NCBI RefSeq assembly: GCF_006345805.1
Contig: NC_043021.1
Span: 14,322,001-14,386,000, forward strand
Length of the DNA stretch: 64,000 bases
Source of the DNA: Octopus sinensis
Taxonomy: Eukaryota
Direction: 5' to 3'
Below, one piece after another: positions 1-12,100 of this stretch. The first letter of the stretch is position 1. Each line of letters starts with the position of its first letter. Both the position numbers and the translations under genes were made by a program. The notes below the pieces were generated by a model. It did not search any database. It was not told the DNA's origin and saw only the letters and a program-made list of their open reading frames with translations.

Positions 1-189
1 AAGTAAAAAAAAAAAAAGGGGTCATATGTGTGTGTGTGGTGTGTGTGTGTGTGTGTGTGTCATGTGTGTGTGTTTGTAAGGCTACGTTGTCCTGTGTTTG
101 AATATTAAGACGAATAATCATGGCATCATGGCTGTAATTCTTTTGACCTGTAAGCCTGCTCAATCAAGCCTGACCTAGGGCTAAACCAG

Positions 190-700
190 GACAACCAACA
201 GAAACTACATTGGGCACCACCAATGCAACCACCAACACCACCATCAAAGCTACTTTACTACTACTACTACTACTACCACCACCACCAATGACAACCATCA
301 CCACTACTACTACTACCCCCACAATCACAGCTACCACTACCAACACTACCTGTACCACAATAATCATGGCTACTACCACCACTGTTACTACTAATGACCA
401 TTGTACCACTACAACAATAGCCACCACTGCACCTGCTACAACAACTACTATTACCACTAGTATGAATATGACCAGCACCACGACGACTACAGCCATTACA
501 GCAATCACTACTATCCCCAGAACAACAACAACAATCACCGCTGCTGCTACTGCTATCGCTACTACAATTATTGTGACCATTACAACAACCACGACTACTG
601 CTGCTGCTGCTGCTGCTACTACTACTACTACCACCGCCGCCGTCATTTTCACCACATCCACCACCATCACCAGAATTGGTAGACAGTAATACAAAGCATT
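190..700. repeat. Degenerate ACT/ACC/ACA/GCT trinucleotide low-complexity tract
   Basis: Runs of (cta)n, (acc)n, (aca)n and (gct)n. Produces the poly-Thr and poly-Val ORFs in the track. Confidence 0.9.
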
Positions 701-1032
701 TGCAGCAATGATGAAGAGCGACTGTTTGTAGTAAACAGCAAAAACCCCTCCCGACATAAGTAGTTCAGTCGTTGATGTTGACAATCAATGTCGGAGGACA
801 TTGAGGGGCGGTGGTGCCAACGACAACGACGATGATGGTGGCGGCGGCGGTGGTGGTCATTGATTGAATGATTGATTGATTGATCTGGCACTCAAACAAG
901 TACCTCCATTCTCTCTAGCATCGTCGTCGTCATTGCCACCAATAATAATAATAATATAATAATAATAATATTAATTAATTCTTGTTTTATTGGCCACAAG
1001 GCTCTAATATAAATCAAAAACATTGTAAGGAC

Positions 1033-1191
1033 AAAGGCAGGACGAAAAGTACAAAGGGTTTTGTTCAAAAAGAAAGGTCCGTGTAAAAGGCAGGACGAAA
1101 AGTACAAAGGGTTTTGTCCAAAAAGAAAGGTCCGTGTAAAAGGCAGGACGAAAAGTACAAAGGGTCTTGTCCAAAAAGAAAGGTCCGTGTA
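1033..1191. repeat. 53-bp tandem repeat, 3 copies
   Basis: Unit aaaggcaggacgaaaagtacaaagggttttgtccaaaaagaaaggtccgtgta starts at 1033, 1086 and 1139, with about 1 mismatch between copies. Confidence 0.95.
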
Positions 1192-1724
1192 AACATTAAC
1201 AGCCCAAAATATAAATAAGCTCCCAATAGGGGGGAGGCGCTTTGAAAGGTTACACGTGGAAAAACCCATAAAAGCCACAGGAGCCTGGTCAAAAGGGGGT
1301 AGAGAGCCCCTTCTCCTTATATAATAATAATAATAATGACAATGGCAGTGTAATTAGCATCAACATTATTACATCACCAACACCACAAGCTGCCATAGTG
1401 TAAGCTTGGCTTAGCTTAGCTCACATTGATGTTATCAACAGTAACAAACAGTAAACATTGCCAGTGCCTCCACTGCTGCCATCAGTGGTGGTGACCACAT
1501 ATACCACTATTAAGAACTGTATGCAATAAGCTTTAGAATAATAGCTAACCCTTTTCCACCACACACCTTCATCATCATCGTCATCATCATCATCATCATC
1601 AATGTGATCTTGCAGAATAATTGGGTTGAATTTACTCCCTGTACTTTATTTTTAATTTTCTATTTTTTTTTCCTTTTTGGTGTGGGGGGGGGTGAGAGTT
1701 ACATAATGATAGTGCTAGAATAAT

Positions 1725-2112
1725 GAAGGGGGGGAGAAAGGGAAGAGCAAGGAGAGGGAAAGGGGAGAACAAGGGAAGGGGAGGGGAAGGAGAGAGAGGC
1801 AGGGGAGAGCAAGGAGATAAGGGGAGGAGAGCAAGGAGAGAGGGGGAATGAGGAGAGCAAGGAGAGAATGGGATGAGGAGAGCAAGGAGAGAGGGGGAAT
1901 GAGGAGAGCAAGGAGAGAGAGGGTGAATGAGGAGAGCAAGGAGAGCGGAAGGAGGAGAGCAAGGAGAGGGGGAAGGAGGAGAGCAGGGAGAGGGGGGAGA
2001 AAGGAAGGAGGAAAGAGAAAGGGGAGAAGGAAAGAGGGTGACCAAGGAGAGAGGGGAAGAGAAGGAGAGAAAAAGAGGAAGAACAAGAGGTGTGAGGAAA
2101 GAGGGAGAGGAG
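1725..2112. repeat. Purine-rich minisatellite (~26-bp unit, gaggagagcaaggagagagggggaat-like)
   Basis: The core gagagcaaggagag recurs about 8 times and the strand is almost pure A/G. Confidence 0.9.
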
Positions 2113-3877
2113 ACGTTTCTAGAATTTAGTCTGTTGTTGGTTTACAATGTTCACACTGATGTTTTGATATTTGGTATTGTAGCTGTAGTCAAGCTTCTAT
2201 AGCAGAGACTGAGACAAACAGACAGTATTCGAGGAAGATTTATTTTGCTTTTTGTCTAACTCCAAGTCAACCCCAGCTGAATAATCTATAGCAAAAGGGG
2301 TTCTTGTCCTTGTGGGGTCAAGACTAGATTAAGTAGCACAGCCCTTTCTTTTATGCTTCTTTTTCTCTTCTTAAGACAATAAGGTATGTGACTTGAAGAT
2401 TTGGCTGTTTGTAATAGTAGTAGTGGTAGTAAATTAGCCAGGTATAGCTATGTGGTTAAGATGTTGACTCCCTAATGAAAGGGTTTCAGGTTCAGTCCCA
2501 CTGCAGTGTACCTTGGACAGTCAGGTGCCTACGAGAGTTCATGGCTAACAAAAGCCTTGTAAGGATTTGGTAGATGGAAACTGAAATGGAAAAACTGTGT
2601 TGTGTGTGTGTGATATGAGTATTAACATCATTCTGAGACAGAGATACGTGCAGGTATTGCACACAGCTGTAAAAAACAGAAACACGCTGGTTAGGTGTAT
2701 TAAAAATACTCAAATTTTCTCAATATTTTGCTGTTTCCTAACTTGCCTCAATAGCTTATGGCATAGATGGAAACATAGGTGAAACATGCTTTGAGCTATA
2801 GTGACAATGAGAACTGCATCAGGACTGGTCCTTCTCTTTATGGTCAGGAGATACTTCAGCTCCTAACAGTTAACTTTCTAGAAACCTCAGGTAAGGGCCA
2901 AATTGGAGTAAACATTGCTCTCGTACCTGGAATGGTGCAGCTGTCACATACATGCATTGCATCCAGAAAAGGGGCCACTGACTGATTGGCATGAAGTCAC
3001 TCACAGACATGCTCCAACCACTTAGGCCCACAGATGAATGGTTTCTTTTCAATCCCTGATTTTTCTGCTGCTGCTATAATGGTCTTGGTTTCTGGGAGCT
3101 GAATGGGGTCATGCCATTCTTTTCACATAGACTCTTGTGCACCTCATCTCCTTTTGCCCTTGTTGTGTCCAGCCCTTCTGTTTCCAATAAGCTTCACATA
3201 ACCACTAAACCCAGTACAGCCGTCCAAGAACATTGGTCCCTTGGAAATCACCAACCTGCTCATATCTCTCTTAGAGGATTTTTGACTTACAAAGGTTCAA
3301 GAGAAACATTAATGACATCAATCTCAGAGAGTGTAAGGGACGAGGGCGCTGCAAAGGTCTTGGACACTATCCATTCCTCTTGACCCAGCAAATAAAAAGA
3401 AAAATAATGTAAAACAGAAAACCATTCAGTGTTGGATTTCTCCCCAAGACAAATATCTGAAGCTGATGTCATGCAGAATCAGACAAGGTTAGTTTAAAAA
3501 AACCTCAACAAAAGACAAGGCTTGTGGTTAAGAAGACTGCTTTGCAACCTCATGAGCTCGGGTTCAGTCCCATTGTGCAGCACCTTGGGAAAGTGTCTAC
3601 AAAAGCTCGAGGATGACCAATGCCTTGCGAATGACTCTGGCCAGTAGAAACTCTAGAAGTCCATTGCATGCGAGTGAGTACATAAATATAAGTTTAAAAA
3701 AGAACAATGCACAAACAAATGGAAAACAGACACAGAAGGTCATCAGTTATCAGCCAGAGGGTCTGTTTCCCATTTGTGCATTTATGTTTTTTTAACCTAC
3801 TAATTAGTGGAAAGCTATGTACCCTTAATTACATATATATACATATATATTTGTGTGTGTATACTCATATATATATA

Positions 3878-4277
3878 GGCACAGGAGTGGCTGTGTGGTA
3901 AGTAGCTTGCTTACAACCACATGGTTTCGGGTTCGATCCCACTGCGTGGCACCTTGGGCAAGTGTCTTCTACTATAGCCTCGGGCCGACCAAAGCCTTGT
4001 GAGTCGATTTGGTAGACGGAAACTGAAAGAAGCACGTCGTATATATATATATATATATTATATATATATATATGCATGTGTGTGTTTGTCCCCCCTAGCA
4101 TTGCTTGACAACCAATGCTGGTGTGTTTATGTCCCCGTTACTTAGCGGTTCGGCAAAAGAGACCGACAGAATAAGTACTGGGCTTACAAAAGAATAAGTC
4201 CCGGGGTCGAGTTGCTCGATTAAAGGCGGTGCTCCAGCATGGCCGCAGTCAAATGACTGAAACAAGTAAAAGAGTAT
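3878..4277 (+). mobile_element. SINE family A, near full length (tRNA-like head, internal TA/TG microsatellite, aagtaaaagag tail)
   Basis: Near-identical to 7627-8010. Head has A-box-like gtggctgtgtggtaag and B-box-like gggttcgatccc. Diverged or partial copies near 2440, 3520, 4280-4490, 11735, 23590, 27480 and 42140 (+), and near 33060, 39170, 40170 and 58860 (-). Confidence 0.85.
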
Positions 4278-4448
4278 ATGAAGTGCATCTTTGTGTTTGT
4301 CCCCCACCACAGCTCGACAACAGGTGTTGGTTTGTTTTCAGCCCTATAACTAAGCTGTGTGGCAAGAGGCTGCCATTTTAAGTACCAGATTTAAAATATG
4401 CACTGAGGGACAGTTTGGCTAGGACTCGCCAAGGTAGTGCACCAGCTA

Positions 4449-4649
<201 letters not shown>

Positions 4650-5029
4650 TTAAGTCAATGCATTACTTTCCAGTAATGTTGGAAATAAGTTGAAATTCAC
4701 TGCTTGCTGAAAGAAACGCAAGCTGAGGTGGTTTGGGAATGTCATCCGCTCATCAGGGATAGCCAGAAGAGTTGACAGAGGTAGAGGCAGAGAGAGAAAG
4801 AAGAACCTGTGTGAGTGGACAGGCCTAAAGATGAGAGACACTGTACGAGAGACCGAAGACAAAGACAGGCAGAGAGATTGGTCGCAAGGTCACCAGTGAT
4901 GCCCCAATGGTCAGCCAGACTGTGGGATACTTAATGTAATGTAAAAAAGTCATTAGGTTAGATACAAGATGACACCCCAATAAAGAAAAGGGCTTTCTCT
5001 TAAAACAACCATTAAACATAATTAGGTGC

Positions 5030-5325
5030 AGTCATGGCTGTATCATAAGGTCTGGAGTTCGATTCCTAGTGGCGTGTTGTGTCCTTGAGCAAGACACTTT
5101 ATTTCACGTTGCTCCAGTCCACTTAATTGGCAAAAATGAGTAGCACCTGTATTTCAAAAAGGTCAGCCTTGTTACATTGTATCATGCTGAATCTCCCTCC
5201 AAACTACATCAAGAGTACATGTGTCTGAGGAGTACTCGGCCACTTGCAAGTTAATTTCATGAGCAGGCTGTTCTGTTGATCAGATCAGCTGGAACCTTTG
5301 TCCTCGTAACTGACAGAGTGCTAGC
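5030..5325 (+). mobile_element. SINE family C, diverged copy
   Basis: B-box-like ggagttcgattcc. The 3' body (gctgaatctccc...cagccacttgca.gttaatttcatgagcaggctgtt) is shared with 59084-59467 and 63209-63589. Confidence 0.7.
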
Positions 5326-6189
5326 TTAAGTGATAACCTAATACAATAGGCATAAAACGGCAAGAATAAGTGTAATTTAAAAACAGGTAGAATTGATGGA
5401 CGATCAAACAAAAGGCCTTATGCTCATTAGTTATGATTCTTTATGTTCCGAGTTCAAATCTAGATGATGTCTATTTTGCCCTTCCTGAGCACAACATAAT
5501 CAATGGTTCTACACTCCACTAAAACTTCTGGCTTCCTACATATGTAAGCAATCATTATTACAGTAATTAGAACGAAAACTTTAGCTCGTTACCATGGAAG
5601 TTAAATGTATGTAAACAGTGAAGATTACACACAAGTAATCAACAGAGTTGCTAGGTGACTAAATATCAATAGACTTAATTAGCAATTGTTAAACTAAGTC
5701 AAAGTAGCAGCAGATTATTATCATTATTGCAGACTCGTTAACATGCCAGACTAAATGCTTAACTGCATTTCGTTCATCTTTGTGTTTTAAGTTCAAACTC
5801 CACTGAGGTTGACTTTCTCTTTCATCCTTTCGAGGTCGATGAAGTAAGTAGCAGCTGACCACTGGGTTCAATGTAATCAAATCAGCTCCTCCTCCTCCCT
5901 ACAAAATTTCAGGCCTTGTGCCTATAGATGAAAGGATCATCATCATCATCATTAGGTGGTGAGCTGGCAGAATCGTTAGTGCACCAAACAAAATGCTTTG
6001 TGGCATTTCTTCCAACACAAAATTCCGAGTTCAAACTCCACTAAGGCCAACTTTGTTGTCACCCTTTTAGGGTTGATAAAAGTAACAGTTCAGCACTGGT
6101 GTAAACAACCTGCCCTTCCCCTTAAAATCTTCTAGCCATCTGTCAGAATCTGAAACCATTATTATCATCATTATTACAGAGGAGTGTGT

Positions 6190-6345
6190 GTGAGTGAAAA
6201 TGGTTCCCTATACGTCCTCAGTGTTTATTGTTCCTGTGCATCAGTCACATTCAAAGACTACTTTCTTTGTTAACCTTCCTGCAATTTCACTGAACCTCTT
6301 ATGTGCCCATAGCATACGTTGGGCACACCATCTGGAATTCCTACC
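6190..6345 (-). mobile_element. Decayed LINE (RTE-like) fragment with a Cys-rich PHD-like segment
   Basis: Minus-strand translation VGRNSRWCAQRMLWAHKRFSEIAGRLTKKVVFECD*CTGTINTE resembles the C-x2-C..W.HKRC..F.C..C segment I recall from mollusc RTE-type LINEs. Contains a stop. Confidence 0.6.
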
Positions 6346-7626
6346 TACTCCAAAATCAATTCCTCTGACCCCTTAACATCCCTTCTAGCCCTTCACTAAT
6401 CACTATGCCCAGCTCTTCCAGCACATTGCCTCTCGAATTCCATATTTCTGCAAGGGCTGACATACAAAATTTCAAGAAGAACATTAAAGGCATCAATATC
6501 ACTGCTCTTGCAAGACCTGCAAAGGCCATGGGCACACCTCTTCCTCCAGACCCAGCAAAAATAAGTCTCCTCTATAGCCTTTGCTCTTCCCAACCACATA
6601 GGAAAACTGAAAGGCTGAACCAATTATCTGTCCTAAAATAACTGCTCTTGTCCTTTCATAATGTATACCTCAGAGCAAAACTCCACTCTAAATTCAATGA
6701 AAAGCTTCAACCCATAGTCCTGTCCCTATTTTCATCTATATCATTTACATTGTAAAGTGAGTCCCTCTAGACCTTGCTACGTTTGAGTCGAAGTCGGTTA
6801 CCCAGTTTCATTGGCATGTAAGGGACCGAAATCACAACAATACCTCTGAATGGGATGCCAGTCCATCACAAGGTTTAGTCATTCACACGGGGACACACAC
6901 TCGTGGTCTTCGTCGTACTCAGACTTACTCCCCGGCAATAAACCAGCCGCACTCGTGCTCGATACCGAGAACTCGCCAAATTCACTCTATAATTTCTGAC
7001 TTTTTAACAGGTGTGCACATAAAAACAGTTGGCATAAGGTATTCCCACAGAGAGACAAGTGTCATTTACGAAGGTCAGCAATTGTGTTTGTATGACCTTA
7101 CATATATAACCAAACATACCAATTGTTTAGCCATAGGTCATTCCTGACTAAGATGGCCTATGATCAAAGGCATTCCAACCATGACTATTTAGTCTAACTA
7201 GGAACATTTGGGATTACATTAATGTCCTTCCCATTTTGCGTGAACCAGAGCAATGTGAAATGAAGGTGTTTTTGCTCGAGAATTCAACGCACTGCCCAGC
7301 CTGGGATTGTGAGAGCAACACTCTCACCACTAGGCCACATAGCCCTCACTGTCATTTATATATGATCTGCCTGTCTACATCAACACAGCCAATGTCTATT
7401 TGACATGTGGCCAGCCATAGATGAGTAAACCAAGGGTTTAAAAACCTTGTTAATTATATTTGAAAACCAAGACCGCCAAACAATATATCTAATCATTTAA
7501 CATTCAGATTACTCTGTCAAATTATTTATTCTCATTGCTTTGAATTAATCACACATTATCTCATAGTTTTGAAATTTTGATGAGGCAACATTAAATTTTA
7601 AAAATGATATTGTAGGCTAAGTTGTA

Positions 7627-8010
7627 GGCGCAGGAGTGGCTGTGTGGTAAGTAGCTTGCTAACCAACCACATGGTTCCGGGTTCAGTCCCACTGCATGGC
7701 ATCTTGGGCAAGTGTCTTCTGCTATAGCCCCAGGCAGACCAATGCCTTGTGAGTGGATTTGGTAGACAGAAACTGAAAGAAGCCTGTCGTATATATATAT
7801 ATGTATGTGTGTGTGTGTTTGTCCCCCTAGCATTGCTTGACAACCGATGCTGGTGTGTTTACGTCTCCGTCACTTAGCGGTTCGGCAAAAGAGACCGATA
7901 GAATAAGTACTGGGCTTACAAAGAATAAGTCCCGGGGTCGATTTGTTCGACTAAAGGCGGTGCTCCAGCATGGCCGCAGTCAAATGACTGAAACAAGTAA
8001 AAGAGTAAAA
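7627..8010 (+). mobile_element. SINE family A, near full length
   Basis: Colinear and highly similar to 3878-4277 over about 380 bp. Confidence 0.85.
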
Positions 8011-8036
8011 AAGTGTGAGAGGTCAGATGCAGCTAG

Positions 8037-8268
8037 TTAAACCTTTTAGCATTCAGATTACTCTGTGAAAATTTAATGATTATTTATTCACATTGTTTTG
8101 AATTAATCCTGCATTATCTTGTAGCTTTAAGACTGATGTGGTAACTTACTTAATTTTTTAGAATGCCATTGTAGGGTAGGTGTAATGGGTCAGATCTGGC
8201 CAGTCTGAACATAGAACAAAGCAGAATATTCGGGCCTGATATTGCTGGTTGAAATGCTGAAGGGTTAA
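8037..8268 (+). mobile_element. TTAA-flanked MITE (piggyBac-type termini), ~230 bp
   Basis: ttaa-accttttagcatt ... aatgctgaaggg-ttaa. Same internal sequence as 9783-10009 and, inverted, 14115-14342. Confidence 0.8.
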
Positions 8269-9143
8269 TGAAGGTTATTCTATTTTAGAAAAACAAATTA
8301 CTGAATCTAAGGATGCACCATTTGAAAAGGAATCGGTTCAGATTATTTCGAAATTCCAGAGTTTTTGCAAATGCTACCATAATTTCTCTTGGTGTGTTCC
8401 AAATGGTATGTGTACCCCACTGGTGTTGAGGTGTATGATTAGTGGAACCAGATGCAATATTTTCTTAATAGCCATTTTATTGACTGTAGAATGGATGTAG
8501 GCAGTGCTGATTGTCCACAAGTGCACAGAATACAACACCAAGGTTGTAGAATATAATAGGGAGGAAGAGTGTGAAGAGGAGGAGGAGGAAAGAAAGGAGA
8601 AAAGGGAGAGAGAACAGAACAGAAGGAGTAAAGGAGAGAGAGAGAGAATAGAAGAATTAAAGAGAGAAAAAAAGAGTAAGAGGTGAGAGAGAGGGAGGGA
8701 GGAGTACAGAAGGAGGAAAACGGAGAGGAAAGAGAGCAGAGAAGTAAAGGGAGGGAAGTGAGTGTGCGTGTGCTTAAATAAATAAATAAATAAATAAATA
8801 AGTGGCTATTTTGATGATAGATCACCATGGAGATATATGACATCAACCTAGACCACTTCCTCATATCTGACCTTTCTAACATGCTGCATGGTATCCCCCC
8901 ATATATAATGTATAGGAGAAGGAAAGGAAGTGAGGAAGAAGGGAGGGAGGGGAGAGAGAGAGAGAGAGAGGCTATAGAACAGCAGCAGCGATGATTATGT
9001 TTAATCACTCGTACATCATGACACCAGAATGCCAATAAATGTATTCCTGTCTCTTGAGATGAAAAATCTTTTGGTTTACAAGTGGTCTACAACACTATGG
9101 CATAGCAGTGTTACAGCAATGGAAATAAAGCAGTAAATAGATT

Positions 9144-9205
<62 letters not shown>

Positions 9206-9324
9206 CTTCCAGCTGAGCAATACCTTATAAGCGAAAATTTGGTAGCTAGAAACCAGAAAAGGTGTTGTGTGTGTATGTTTGTATGTATGTATATATATAT
9301 ATACACACACATACACACACACAT

Positions 9325-9360
<36 letters not shown>

Positions 9361-9782
9361 CTATCTATCTATAAGTGCACACACTACTGCAAAACTTACA
9401 AGATCATAGAACAGACTAGTGGGTCACACTCGTGATTGGCAGCTAAACGTGTGATGTTTGACACACATTAAATGCAGAGAAAGAGGTATTGTAAAATTGT
9501 ATGTATCCAATGAGACCTAGAAACAAGCTATAATTTCTGACATTTTAACAGGTGTGCACATAAAAACAGTTGGCATAAGGTATTCCCACAGAGAGACAAG
9601 TGTCATTTACGAAGGTCAGCAATTGTGTTTGTATCACCTTACATATATAACCAAACACACCAAATTGTTTAGCCATAGGTCATTCCTGACTAAGGTGGCC
9701 TATGATCAAAGGCATTCCAACCATGACTATTTAGTCTATCTAGGAACATTTGGGATTACATTAATGTCCTTCCCATTTTGCT

Positions 9783-10009
9783 TTAACCCTTTAGTGTTCA
9801 GATTATCCTATCAAACATAATGCTTATTGATTCCCATTGATTTGAATTAATCATGCATTATCTCATATCTTCAAGATCTTGATGGTGTAATTACTTAATG
9901 TAGAATAACATTGTAGGGTAGGTGTGAGGGCCTGGATCTGGTCAGTTTGAACATAAAACAGATTAACTATTTTGGCCAGATATGGCCGGTTTAAATACTA
10001 AAGGGTTAA
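9783..10009 (+). mobile_element. TTAA-flanked MITE, same family
   Basis: TTAA CCCTTTAG ... CTAAAGGG TTAA termini. Confidence 0.85.
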
Positions 10010-10319
10010 AGCAGAGCATGATTTCAGGGTGACTTAACTGCTATTTCTAGCAAGCTGAGCAAGAGTTTCAAAGGTCCCCCTCAGTCTGTTGTTTGACTCA
10101 AGTCTCCTATTTCATGACTGAAAAGTTAGAATTGAAGAAAATACAACAGTTGTTAATAGGGAGAGCATCCGTTGGGTTGTCAAAGTGCCGGTGAATCAAC
10201 CAAGATGCGGATGAAAATGCTATCAGACATCTTGAGATGACCAACTTGGAGATTAGTGGGAAGTTGCCAACTTTAAGGTGTAAAGTAACCAAAGATTGCT
10301 TCACAAGAAACATACCCAT

Positions 10320-10640
10320 AATCATCATCATCATTTAACGTCTGTCTCCATACTTGCATGAGTTGGACAGTTTGACAAGGGGCTGGCTAGTCAGAGAGCT
10401 GTACCAAGCTCCATTTGTCCACCATGGTATGGTTTCTACAGCTGGATGCCCTTCCTAATGCCAACCACTTTACAGAGTGTACTGGGTGCGTTTCAAGTAG
10501 CACCAGCAAGGTCTGCTCTGGTGTGGTTTTTATGGCTGGATGCCTTTCCTAATGCCAACCACTTTACAGAGTGTACTGGGTGCTTTTCAATTGGCACCAG
10601 CACAGGTGCTTTTTACGTGGCACCAATACCAGCAGGGTCA
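10320..10640 (-). mobile_element. RTE-type LINE/SINE 3' end with (GAT)n tail and an internal duplication of 94-bp period
   Basis: (atc)n followed by tttaacgtc and gctggatgcccttcctaatgccaacc. The latter occurs twice (10441 and 10535). Related copies near 22340, 23030, 31560, 42940 and 48310. Confidence 0.65.
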
Positions 10641-11734
10641 GCAAGAAATATGGTTCACAGTCATAGGTTTCAGAGCTCAAGCCAAAAACACTGCACCTTA
10701 AGCAACTATCCTCCATCACAGTGTTCGGTTGACTTGACCCTTAAGCGAAACAGAAGGGACAGAAATTATGAAGAAGCCCATCTGAAAGTTTGGACGTACT
10801 TAAGTGACTAACTTAACCCAGGGTTTCTCATAGGGGTTGCAGTGGTTGGGTGAGGAGGAATGCTCTCCTTGGTAATGCCTGTGAGGAGTTCTGAGTGTAT
10901 TTTGCTTTTGGTAAAATACACAGGCATAGCCTTACTTGGAAACAGATAAGGGTTAGCAGCCTTAGATAAAGGCTGTCTGATCCATACAAGCATGGACAAT
11001 TGTTAAATGCTGATGATGTACAGGAGAGAGACTATGGCCCACTCACCAAGCTAAAATTTCGAATCCTGTGACTAAACACTTTCTTCAAGTGAGAAATTAA
11101 AATGTTATCATTGCCATTATTTTCTTAATGGAATGTAAATAACCAAGATGCCGCCAAGAAGTTGGAAATACACGAAGTCAAAAGAATTCTTGCAGGAGGA
11201 GAGAGAGAGAGAGAGAGAAAAAAAAAAATGAAATAGAGAAAAAGAACAACTTTATATAAAATGGTTCTTCAAAAGCAGATGCTAGGTATTATCTTGAAAG
11301 ATTTTAAGATTGCATGGCATATACTTAAGTTAATTGGCCAAATCTTGGCATTTGATGCACTTCAGAAACTGTACTGTCAAAATATCAGGTGCTCAACAAA
11401 ATAGCAAAATGTAAGAGGGGGGAGGGAGAAAAAACCTATGATGTTCCTTCTCCTAGGAAGGACCAAATTGCCTAAATAACCGAATTGCCAGAATAGATTC
11501 ATAGAAGTTTTTAATATATTGCGGTCAGAAAAATAATGGCATGTGAATAGTGTTATTCGGCTTTGTTCAGAGTTCAAATCCTACTAATCTCAATTTGTTT
11601 TTTGCTTTTCTGAGGTTGGTGAACTTAAGTACCATGGTTAACATAATCAACAATGCCTTAGAACAGTGGTTTCTAACGTAGCATTACAGGTATAAAAAAA
11701 AAAAAATCCAGAAAAGAAAAAAGGAAATATTAGG

Positions 11735-12100
11735 GTTCAAGCATGGTTGTGTGGAAAGAAAGTTTGTTTCCTAACCACATGGTTCCAGGTTCAGTCCCAC
11801 TATGTGGTAGCACCTTAGGCCAGTGCCTTCTACAATAACCTCTGGATGACCAAAGCCTTGTGAGTGGAATTGGTAGACGGAAACTGAAAGAAGCCCATCA
11901 CATGTGTGTGTGTGGTCTGTTTACCAGCACCATTGCTTGCCAACCATTGTTGGTGTGTTTATATCCCCTGTTACTTAACAATTCAAGAAAAGAGGCCAAT
12001 AGAATAAGTATCAGACTTTTAAATCAAAAAAGCACTGGGGTCAATTCTTATGACTAAAATTCTTCAAGATGGTGCACCAGCATGGCTGCAATAGCCATCT
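11735..12100 (+). mobile_element. SINE family A, diverged copy
   Basis: Retains head and body motifs (ccacatggttccaggttcagtccc, ggtagacggaaactgaaagaagccc, ccagcatggctgca), with most CpGs converted. Confidence 0.75.

Noticed and set aside
164-784. 206-aa Val/Ala-rich and 159-aa Thr-rich ORFs (membrane- or mucin-like)
   Set aside because: They are translations of a degenerate trinucleotide tract, with no splice or domain support.
1033-1191. Possible CRISPR-like array
   Set aside because: The units are contiguous with no unique spacers, and the context is a eukaryotic intron.
1632-2202. Overlapping Pro/Ser/Leu and Arg/Glu/Gly ORFs
   Set aside because: They arise from the purine-rich minisatellite, which lacks stops.
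3020-3060. Minus-strand GIEKKPFICG, resembling a C2H2 zinc-finger linker
   Set aside because: No C-x2-C...H-x3-H pattern follows, and the frame has stops.
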